This document shows positions 1 to 7,900 of a stretch of DNA of 39,480 nt, one piece after another. Position 1 is the stretch's first letter, and each line of letters opens with the position of its first letter. Source of the DNA: an uncultured Bacteriovoracaceae bacterium (lineage in GTDB: Bacteria; Bdellovibrionota; Bacteriovoracia; Bacteriovoracales; Bacteriovoracaceae); the NCBI GenBank assembly GCA_913053615.1, contig CAJXHA010000001.1, positions 1 through 39,480 of the forward strand. Direction: 5' to 3'. Position numbers and translations under genes: made by a program. The notes under the pieces are model-generated. The model saw only the letters and a program-made list of their open reading frames with translations, made no database searches and was not told the origin of the DNA.

Positions 1-1
1 T

Positions 2-2110
2 CCAGATACTTCAGGATCAATTATTGATGAAAGATCGGCCATTGCACAAGGTTTTGATTTTTTTGTCAATTCATTACCTGAAGAAGTTGATTATAGAATT
101 GGTGTGATCCTTGGTCATAGTGATAACACTCCTTATGCCGGTGCTATTTATCAAAGAGGGAGTGAACCTGAAGTACTCGATTCTATTATTCACCCAATAG
201 AAGATATTTTAAGTGACCTCGATTATAAAATGAAAAATCCTCATACTGATGGAAAATCAGATGGTGGAGAAATGGGTCTCTACTCTCTTAATAAGGCAAT
301 CACAGATAACTTAGCAAGTATTCAAGCACAAGGTCTTTTTAGAGAAGATGCTGCACTTGCAATTGTCTTTGTAGCTGATGAACAAGATATTTGTTATGAG
401 TATCCTGATGGTGGCGTTGGTGTTCCAGATCCACAAGGTGGTGAAGTAAATTCAAAAAATAAGTACTGTAAGGATGCAGAAGGTAACCTTATTATTACTC
501 CTAAAAGTGTTTTAGATAATATCAAACTGATCAATGGTAATAAACCTCTCGTTTTAGGAGCAGTAATCTATAATAATGAAGCTACAGTTCCAAATGGTGG
601 AGAGAATGAAATTGGTTATGGTTATAAAGAAATAGTTGAACTTAGTGGTGGTATTACTGTTGATATGGCCAGTGGCGATTATGGAACTGGACTTGCTAAT
701 CTTGGTACAATTGCACAAGCATCTGTAAAACCAGAAAGTACCTTTAATATTAAAACTTCTAGATTAGATCTCTCTACAGTCAAAGTAACAGTTAATGGAG
801 AAGAAGTTAGTTTTTCATATTTAGCAGATACTAATCAAATTAAACTAGATAATGAAAGAGAAGCACTGAGTGTTGCTCGTGTAGAATACTGTGAGAAAAA
901 AGAAGAGCCTTTAATTACCACGCAAGTAATTGCTGGTGGTTTACATACTTGTGCCATTTATGTTGATGGTAAAGTAAAGTGTTGGGGACAAAATAACTTT
1001 GGACAACTTGGTTATGGACACTCAGATATCCTTGGTGATGATGAGACAATCGATTCAGTACCATTTTTAAATATTGATGAAAAAGTTATCGATCTAAGTG
1101 CAGGGCTATTTCATAATTGTGCCGTTTTAGAAAGTGGTAAGGTCTTATGTTGGGGAGCCAATGATAAAGGCCAATTAGGGCTTGGTCACACTGATAGTGT
1201 TGGAATAAATGAAGACTTAAGTGCAGCAACGAAGCTTGATTTAGGTGAAGCGGCAAAAAGAATTTATTCTGGAACAAAGTATAATTGTGCTCTATTAGAG
1301 AGTGGAAATATTAAGTGTTGGGGTGATAATACTTTTGGTCAATTAGGCTATGGTAATACGGACACCATCGGAGACGATGAAGATCTAAGTGGACTTTCAA
1401 TTGTTCCAATCGGTAGCTCTATTCAACAAATGGATATTTCGACTATTTCAAATCATACATGTGCGGCCTTAACTAATGGTGATTTAAAATGTTGGGGTTC
1501 AAATAGTTTTGGACAACTTGGTTATGGACATACTGATAATCTGGGAGATGATGAATCTGTAAGCTCATTGCCAAATGTTCCTTTTGCTTCAAAGATTTTA
1601 CAACTTGCTACTGGTTCTTTACATACTTGTGCCCTAGGTGAAGGACAAAAAGTTAGATGTTGGGGACGTAACTCTGTTGGTCAGGTAGGCTTAGGTTATG
1701 TTGATGTTATTGGTGATGATGAAGCGGCAAATTCAATTGATCCAATTGATTTAAGTGGTGATGGAACAGATAATTTTAGTATCGTTGCCACTGGGAATAA
1801 TCATACTTGTGTTATTAATGATGCAGGAAATGTTCATTGTTGGGGACTTGGATCTCAAGGTGCTCTTGGTTTAGCAGACACACAAAATATTGGAGATGAT
1901 GAGGCCTTAGATCTTAGCAATACCAAAGTCGATATTAGCGATAAGCAATTTACCCAAATTAGTGGTGGTATTAATCATACTTGTGCCTTAGAAAAATCGA
2001 AAGGTGAAATCATTTGTTGGGGACAAAATAGCTTTGGACAATTAGGCCTTGGTCATACGGATATGATTGGAGATAATGAGAGTCCAAGTGAGTTTGTAAA
2101 ACTAAAATAA
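2..2110 (+). CDS. vWA-domain / RCC1-repeat beta-propeller protein (5' partial, continues upstream of the window)
   Basis: The frame is open from nt 2, with no stop before the GTG at 104 used by the ORF track. The first residues, PDTSGSI, contain a DxSxS MIDAS-type motif typical of von Willebrand A domains. The C-terminal ~390 aa carry seven copies of the RCC1 signature (h-h-C-W-G-x-N-x-x-G-Q-L-G-x-G) about 50-55 aa apart. Confidence 0.8.
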   Translation, partial: PDTSGSIIDERSAIAQGFDFFVNSLPEEVDYRIGVILGHSDNTPYAGAIYQRGSEPEVLDSIIHPIEDILSDLDYKMKNPHTDGKSDGGEMGLYSLNKAITDNLASIQAQGLFREDAALAIVFVADEQDICYEYPDGGVGVPDPQGGEVNSKNKYCKDAEGNLIITPKSVLDNIKLINGNKPLVLGAVIYNNEATVPNGGENEIGYGYKEIVELSGGITVDMASGDYGTGLANLGTIAQASVKPESTFNIKTSRLDLSTVKVTVNGEEVSFSYLADTNQIKLDNEREALSVARVEYCEKKEEPLITTQVIAGGLHTCAIYVDGKVKCWGQNNFGQLGYGHSDILGDDETIDSVPFLNIDEKVIDLSAGLFHNCAVLESGKVLCWGANDKGQLGLGHTDSVGINEDLSAATKLDLGEAAKRIYSGTKYNCALLESGNIKCWGDNTFGQLGYGNTDTIGDDEDLSGLSIVPIGSSIQQMDISTISNHTCAALTNGDLKCWGSNSFGQLGYGHTDNLGDDESVSSLPNVPFASKILQLATGSLHTCALGEGQKVRCWGRNSVGQVGLGYVDVIGDDEAANSIDPIDLSGDGTDNFSIVATGNNHTCVINDAGNVHCWGLGSQGALGLADTQNIGDDEALDLSNTKVDISDKQFTQISGGINHTCALEKSKGEIICWGQNSFGQLGLGHTDMIGDNESPSEFVKLK
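930..2070 (+). repeat. Seven tandem RCC1 blade repeats (coding, ~160-bp period, diverged at DNA level)
   Basis: Recurrent tgttgggg...tttggacaa/tcaattaggc...ggt strings encode CWGxNxFGQLGxGH at regular spacing. Confidence 0.7.
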
Positions 2111-2130
2111 ACTTATTCATTTTATAGCAT

Positions 2131-2165
2131 AAAAAAAGCCGCAGAGAATGCGGCTTTTCTATTTG
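2131..2165. terminator. Bidirectional rho-independent terminator between convergent genes
   Basis: AAAAAAA-GCCGCA-gagaa-TGCGGC-TTTT. A 6-bp GC-rich stem (2138-2143 / 2149-2154) is flanked by an A-run and a T-run, 20 nt after the + strand stop and 20 nt after the - strand stop. Confidence 0.8.
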
Positions 2166-2182
2166 TGTTTTTTTTAAATTAA

Positions 2183-3757
2183 TTAACGACAACCACGTCC
2201 ACCAAAGTACTTCTTAGTCTTTGGATTAAAATAGCGACAACCTTCTAGTGTTTCTTTTGGAACATTATAGTCTAACATTCCAGGAGCTTTCTTTAAAAGG
2301 TCTTTTCTTAGAGCTTTATACTCTTTATAAGTCATGGCCATAACATCTTCTTCCTCAAGAAAGTGAATTTTATAAGCACCATCTTCAGTTGCGCTAAGCA
2401 CTCTTTCTCTGACTTTATTATCTATTTCATCACTCTTCGTTCTACCTAAAGTATATAGATAGTTAAAGTCTTTATAAAAAGCTGAATAAATATCTTCAAA
2501 TTTTTCAGTTTCAAATAAAACCATATTTTCAAAGTTAGAGTTTTCAGCTTTATAAGAAATATTATGTGAACCAGTGATAAGCTTAGTATCTGCACTTACA
2601 GGCTTAGCTGCACTTGGAATATAATCAATTAAGATATACTTTGAGTGTTGTAGATAATTACTTTCACGACTTGGAAAGTGCGAATAAGTCTTATATCTAA
2701 ATTTATTAACAATCTCACTGTCCTTAGCATATTTCTCTGAAAGAATGCGGGTACAGTCTTTTCTAGACTTCATTTGCTTATTATCAGTAATGATTCTAAC
2801 ATCAAGTCCTTTTTCTACTGCTCCAATAACAGCATCACAAACTGAATCGTAAATTAGATAATTAACACCAAGAAAAACTGATTTCTTTGCGGCCTTAATT
2901 TCTTTTTCAAGCATTCCTACAACAATTGAAGAGTATTCTGGCTTATTATCACACTCTCTTCTATTAGTTGTACGAATTGCCTTTCCATCTTTTTTACAAT
3001 CATAGATTCTTCTTCCACGCATATAATTACCTTCACGTGGAGTGCGAGAGCTAACACTATATTCATGATTCATTGTGGTTGAATAAAAGCTAATCTCATC
3101 ACTTAAATTTGGTGAGTGATCAATTTTACCATCAACAACTGTATTTTCTTGAATTAATTTCGGTGCACCGTCTTTATCATAATCAGGGTTTTTAGAATAA
3201 TTAAAAAGAACTTCAAACTCTTCTTTAAGTGCTTTAATCATTCCTTCACCAGCTTCCCCTTTAACGGATTTATTATCTGTAAAAGAGATAAAGTTTTCAG
3301 AATAACGAGTGATCGCTCCCCCCGAAAAGTTAGCACTTGAATTAATCATGTATTCATCATCAACGATAACAAATTTTTCGTGCATAGTTTTATTAGTATA
3401 TTTAAACTCAGCACAATCTTCTTCTAAAGGTTCAATCACATCTTGTTTAACTTTAATCATTTTTTTAAAGTTACCAGCTTCTCTGTCTTCGCGACTTTCT
3501 TGTTGGTCATTATTAATAACCACATAAACTTTAGCACCATTCTTACAAGCAGCTGAGATAGAGTCTTCTAATTTATTTCTCATGCTCCATGAATAAACAG
3601 TAATATAAGCATAGTCTTTAGCATTTGAAATTTTATCAAACATTTCACTAAAGGCCTCTTCACCTTGATAGGGAGAAAAGTAGGTTTTAAAATTTTCTTT
3701 TGAAAAAGCACCTAGAGAAAGTGTTAGTGCCATAGTACCAAGAAGCATTTTTTTCAT
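2183..3757 (-). CDS. Secreted phospholipase D-family (two HKD motifs) hydrolase
   Basis: Two HxKxxxxD...(G/S)SxN motifs are present: HEKFVIVDDEYMINSSAN and HSKYILID...TGSHN. I placed the start at the ATG at 3757 (MKKMLLGTMALTLSLGAFS signal peptide), which is preceded by AAGGA 7 nt upstream. The ORF-track start at 3799 has no SD. Confidence 0.8.
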   Translation of the reverse strand: MKKMLLGTMALTLSLGAFSKENFKTYFSPYQGEEAFSEMFDKISNAKDYAYITVYSWSMRNKLEDSISAACKNGAKVYVVINNDQQESREDREAGNFKKMIKVKQDVIEPLEEDCAEFKYTNKTMHEKFVIVDDEYMINSSANFSGGAITRYSENFISFTDNKSVKGEAGEGMIKALKEEFEVLFNYSKNPDYDKDGAPKLIQENTVVDGKIDHSPNLSDEISFYSTTMNHEYSVSSRTPREGNYMRGRRIYDCKKDGKAIRTTNRRECDNKPEYSSIVVGMLEKEIKAAKKSVFLGVNYLIYDSVCDAVIGAVEKGLDVRIITDNKQMKSRKDCTRILSEKYAKDSEIVNKFRYKTYSHFPSRESNYLQHSKYILIDYIPSAAKPVSADTKLITGSHNISYKAENSNFENMVLFETEKFEDIYSAFYKDFNYLYTLGRTKSDEIDNKVRERVLSATEDGAYKIHFLEEEDVMAMTYKEYKALRKDLLKKAPGMLDYNVPKETLEGCRYFNPKTKKYFGGRGCR

Positions 3758-3827
3758 ATTAGAATCCTTAATAAGAAGTTTGGATTCTATATAGCACAAT
3801 GCTCGCTCTAAAGAGGGCAGTTTGTAT

Positions 3828-5000
3828 TTATTTCAAACTTAAAAAAGATATTCGACTAAATAAAATAAGACTAAGAAAAAATGCCATAATAAAGCTAAAG
3901 TATTGAAACTCTTGATTATCTCGATATGCACATGATGACTCAATATCACTGGTAAAATCAGCACCTGAATTTCCAGAGGATCTCGCAGGATCGAGAATAC
4001 CTGCAGGAGTCGTCCCTAATTGCTCACTTCCACCATCTAAATTAGGAGCTGTGAAATTAAATGAGCCAGTTAGGGCACCATCGGCATCATCAATAGCTAC
4101 AATACCATCACTTCCTCTTCCCCCAGCAACTGAGTTTGTATCACCATTTGTTGTCTCTCCACCATTTATATTAACACTCGCTCCAGCCCCTACAGTCACA
4201 TTACCTGCACTTACTATATAGATAGCACCTCCACTGCCTCCTCCACCGTCTCCACCATAAGCGGCACCACTTGCGGAAATTGCACCTTCAGTTCCTGGTG
4301 CACCGACAGCATTTATTTGAGAACTTGCACCAAAACTAATATCACCTTTAGAAATTATTGCGATTGAACCGGAGCCAGCTCCACCTATACCAGCTGCACC
4401 AACAGAGTTCGCCGTTACAGAGTCCGCATCTCCAGATCCACCAGCACCGCCGCCACGACCACCAACTAATGATGTTTCCAAACTAGCAGCACTCACAAAG
4501 GCCAAGCCCTGACTCCCAAGAGCACCATCACTTGCACCAGAACCTCCTGCTCCAGCAGCACCTACCACTCCAGCAAAAGCAAAGCCGGCACCGCCGCCAC
4601 CTCCACCATAGCCATCGCCAAAACCACCACCGTCTCCAGCACCTCCACCTTGGCCATCACCATTAGCAGCACCAGTACTAGGTTGATTATTACAAGTACT
4701 GGCCCCACAATTTGCCCCCAAGCTTCCACCTGGACCAGCACTAGTGCTTCCACCAGCACTAACTGTAAGAGTACCATCGATAGTCGTTGTTCCTTTTACT
4801 CGAAATTGAATTGGAGAGCTTTGTCCAATAAAGGTTAGCACTACTCCTGCATCAACAGTAAGATCTTCACAATTCCAGACAGTTTTAGAAGTAAAAGTTT
4901 GATTTGATGTAAAACTACAATCACCATCACTTGCATCACCATAACTTAAATAAGCGCTCGCAAGCTGAGAGAATAAGAGAAAAAGAGCTAGTAGTTTCAT
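3828..5000 (-). CDS. Secreted glycine-rich (GGxG / AGxG low-complexity, beta-helix-like) protein with C-terminal hydrophobic anchor
   Basis: Signal peptide MKLLALFLLFSQLASA. There are long Gly/Ala/Ser-rich runs. The C-terminus, FQYFSFIMAFFLSLILFSRISFLSLK, is a single TM-like helix followed by basic residues. I recognised no family. Confidence 0.6.
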   Translation of the reverse strand: MKLLALFLLFSQLASAYLSYGDASDGDCSFTSNQTFTSKTVWNCEDLTVDAGVVLTFIGQSSPIQFRVKGTTTIDGTLTVSAGGSTSAGPGGSLGANCGASTCNNQPSTGAANGDGQGGGAGDGGGFGDGYGGGGGGAGFAFAGVVGAAGAGGSGASDGALGSQGLAFVSAASLETSLVGGRGGGAGGSGDADSVTANSVGAAGIGGAGSGSIAIISKGDISFGASSQINAVGAPGTEGAISASGAAYGGDGGGGSGGAIYIVSAGNVTVGAGASVNINGGETTNGDTNSVAGGRGSDGIVAIDDADGALTGSFNFTAPNLDGGSEQLGTTPAGILDPARSSGNSGADFTSDIESSCAYRDNQEFQYFSFIMAFFLSLILFSRISFLSLK

Positions 5001-5113
5001 TAAGAATATTTTTTCATGTGTGACTCTCTCTGTCCATAAACATAAGCTTTATAGGCCATTAACTTACTATTTAGCTCTGTTGTTTTTGTCACTTTTCATG
5101 CTATCTTTTTTCT

Positions 5114-5755
5114 ATGAGTAAATTAGTGATTATTGCCCACCCTGATGATGAAACTTTATTTTTTTCCTCTATCCTTGATAAGAGTACCAAGGTCATTTGT
5201 GTTACCGATGCAAATGCTGATGGTAGAGGTAAAGAGCGTGAAGCTGAGTTTGCTCGTGCACTTGCAATGTATGATGTGCAAGATTATGAGATGTGGGACT
5301 TTGAAGATATATACGAAAAGAGATTGCCCATAAAGGAATTAGTTTTTAAGCTCAAACGCTTTCAAGCAGATCAAATTTATACTCATGCACCAATTGGTGA
5401 ATATGGTCACCCACACCACCAAGATGTTTCAAGAGCAGTGTATGAAGTATTTGATGCAGATAAAATATTTATTCCGGCCTTTAACGCTTTTCCAAGTCAG
5501 GTAAATGAAATTAATAAAGAAGACTTTATTAAAAAAATGAAAGTACTAACTGAAATTTATGGTAAAGAAACTAGCCGCTTTTTAAACCTAATTCCTGCCA
5601 CAAGTGTAGAAACATTTATGCAAATGGAACAAGATGAAGTGGTTAATGTTTATAACTATCTCACAGGTGTAACTGATACCATTAAGAGCACAACTTACAT
5701 TATGCATAGTGAAGTATTAAAAAGTGCCTATAAAGATCGCGAACGTACTTTTTAG
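5114..5755 (+). CDS. PIG-L / LmbE-family N-acetylglucosaminyl deacetylase
   Basis: N-terminal VIIAHPDDETLFF (AHPDDE zinc-binding motif) and a downstream HPHHQD motif. Confidence 0.75.
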   Translation: MSKLVIIAHPDDETLFFSSILDKSTKVICVTDANADGRGKEREAEFARALAMYDVQDYEMWDFEDIYEKRLPIKELVFKLKRFQADQIYTHAPIGEYGHPHHQDVSRAVYEVFDADKIFIPAFNAFPSQVNEINKEDFIKKMKVLTEIYGKETSRFLNLIPATSVETFMQMEQDEVVNVYNYLTGVTDTIKSTTYIMHSEVLKSAYKDRERTF

Positions 5756-5760
5756 ATTTA

Positions 5761-6990
5761 CTAGCTCACCATACGCATTAACTGGCCACAAATCCAAGCA
5801 CCATATGTTCCTAATACATAACCTAAAACGGCCAATAAAACCCCTACACTTGCAAGACTTGGGTGAAAGAAACTAGCAACTACTGGTGCACTGGCAGCTC
5901 CCCCCACATTTGCTTGGGACCCTACGGCAATAAAAAAGAGTGGTGCTTTAATTAATCTTCCAACTCCTAACATAAGAATGGCGTGAATAAGCATCCATAC
6001 AAAACCAATGACAAAAAGACCGGGTTGTTTAAAGATCTCAAAGATATTCATATGCATACCAATACTAGCGATCAGAATATACAGCATCACATTTCCAATT
6101 TTACTTGCTCCATAATTTTCCATTTTCTTTGCTGGAGTAAATGACAAGATCACACCAATTGAAGTGGCAATAACAATTAGCCAGAAAAAACCTGAAGTTA
6201 ATGAGAACTTAGCCAAGCTCGGTGCATTGGTCTTTATAAAGGGTGCAATATTATCAGAAAGAAAGTGGCTAAGACCTGTGACTGTAAACGCCAGGGCACA
6301 GATAAGCATAATTTGATGCCCACTAGGTATGACTTCATTTTTTAATTGGTAATTTTCAATCTTCGCCTTAAGCCTTTCGATGGAACTTGTATCCGCACCA
6401 ATCTTAGCATCTATGCTCTTAGATCTAGCGGCTAAAATTAAAAGGATCGCCATCCAAACATTTGCAACTAGAATATCGATCACAACCATTAAAGAAAAAA
6501 CTTCATTAGGCACTTGAAAGATCTCTTTCATACTGGCTTGATTAGCTCCTCCCCCAATCCATGAGCCTGCAACCGTCGTCATTCCTCGCCATAGGCCATC
6601 GCTTCCAATTTCACTTACCATGTCAGGAAAGAATGTTGTGGTAAATAATATTGCTAAAGGACCACCGATAATAATTCCAAAAGTACCTGTTAAAAACATA
6701 ATGATCGCTTTAGGTCCAAGCTTTAAAATTTCAGGAAGATCAACACTCATAGTTAAGAGCACAAGTGTGGATGGTAAGAGATAGCGTGAGGCCACAAAGT
6801 ATAATTTTGAGTGCTCTCCATCAATAACTCCAAATGAATTAAGAAGTCCTGGGATAAAGTAGCATAATAAAAGACTTGGAACATATTGATAAAACTTTTG
6901 AAATTTAGGATGTTTTTCAGAGTAAAAAACCAGTCCTAAAACCATAAATAAAAGTCCTAATACTACTGCGTCATTTTGAATAAGTGCCAC
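5761..6990 (-). CDS. Polytopic inner-membrane protein, DUF819-like
   Basis: About 10-12 hydrophobic helices. LLPSTLVLLTMSVDLPEILKLGPKAIIMFLTGTFG resembles the DUF819 core as I recall it. GTG start. It is convergent with the PIG-L gene, only 5 nt apart. Confidence 0.55.
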   Translation of the reverse strand: MALIQNDAVVLGLLFMVLGLVFYSEKHPKFQKFYQYVPSLLLCYFIPGLLNSFGVIDGEHSKLYFVASRYLLPSTLVLLTMSVDLPEILKLGPKAIIMFLTGTFGIIIGGPLAILFTTTFFPDMVSEIGSDGLWRGMTTVAGSWIGGGANQASMKEIFQVPNEVFSLMVVIDILVANVWMAILLILAARSKSIDAKIGADTSSIERLKAKIENYQLKNEVIPSGHQIMLICALAFTVTGLSHFLSDNIAPFIKTNAPSLAKFSLTSGFFWLIVIATSIGVILSFTPAKKMENYGASKIGNVMLYILIASIGMHMNIFEIFKQPGLFVIGFVWMLIHAILMLGVGRLIKAPLFFIAVGSQANVGGAASAPVVASFFHPSLASVGVLLAVLGYVLGTYGAWICGQLMRMVS

Positions 6991-7099
6991 AAATCTCTCC
7001 CGTATAAGCTATTTCAAGTATGCATTTTGTAAGATTTCTATAAGCTTATAACACATACCGTATAATTAAAATAAACCAATTAAATAAAAGGATAAAATC

Positions 7100-7747
7100 A
7101 TGGCAAAACTACAATTATATTCACTAGCAACACCTAATGGCCAAAAAGTTTCCATCGCTTTAGAAGAAATGGGATTGGCCTATGATGCTCATACAATTAA
7201 TATTCTTAATGGCGATCAATTTACAGATGAGTTTATTGCAATCAATCCTAATAGTAAGATTCCGGCATTAGTCGATCCTGACACTCCAGCTGGTGAGTTA
7301 AAGATTTTTGAGTCTGGAAATATTCTACAATACCTTGGAGAAAAATCAGGACAATTTTATCCCAGAGATTTAAAACGTCGCAATGAAGTTAATAATTGGC
7401 TCTTTTTTCAAATGGGTGGAGTTGGGCCGATGTTTGGACAATTTGGTCACTTTTTTAAATATGCTAAAGATAAGTGCAATCACGACTACCCTGTTACTCG
7501 CTATACCAATGAGGCAAAGAGATTGTTAAATGTTATTAATACCCGTCTGGAAACTTCTGAGTTTATTGCCACAAATGAGTATACCATTGCTGATATGGCA
7601 ATCTATCCATGGGTCTTATGTCTTGATAAATTCTATGGTGCTAGTGATATCTTAGAGCTACCAAATTTTATCCAAATGCAGCGTTGGATGAAAGAAATCT
7701 CTAAGCGTGAGGCCACCAAGAAAGGGCTAGATATTTGTGGTTTTTAA
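7100..7747 (+). CDS. Nu-class glutathione S-transferase (YfcG/YghU-like disulfide reductase type)
   Basis: LYSLATPNGQKVSIALEEMGL...INPNSKIPALVD...ESGNILQYL...WLFFQMGGVGPMFGQ aligns along its length with E. coli YfcG as recalled. AAAGGA SD lies 6 nt upstream. Confidence 0.8.
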   Translation: MAKLQLYSLATPNGQKVSIALEEMGLAYDAHTINILNGDQFTDEFIAINPNSKIPALVDPDTPAGELKIFESGNILQYLGEKSGQFYPRDLKRRNEVNNWLFFQMGGVGPMFGQFGHFFKYAKDKCNHDYPVTRYTNEAKRLLNVINTRLETSEFIATNEYTIADMAIYPWVLCLDKFYGASDILELPNFIQMQRWMKEISKREATKKGLDICGF

Positions 7748-7900
7748 GCTCCCTCATTCAATAAAATAGGTTTTTGCCCATTGGCAAACCCCTTGCAACT
7801 ATATAGGTAGATGATAGAAATAACGATGTAATTACAAGCACTTAGAGCTTGTAATAGTGTCTATATTTTTATCACTATCTAAACTTTGTAAGGGGATCAT

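Noticed and set aside
4562-4838. ORFs 4562-4777 (-) and 4650-4838 (+) inside the Gly-rich gene
   Set aside because: They are alternative-frame artefacts of GGT/GCA/CCA low-complexity DNA. The signal-peptide-bearing 390-aa frame explains the region.
7831-7855. Perfect 9-bp hairpin ATTACAAGC-acttaga-GCTTGTAAT upstream of the 1118-aa gene, and the weaker TTTGCC-catt-GGCAAA hairpin at 7773-7788 after the GST gene
   Set aside because: Neither has a T-tract or other context. They could be a terminator or operator, but one isolated stem in AT-rich intergenic DNA is not enough to call a feature.
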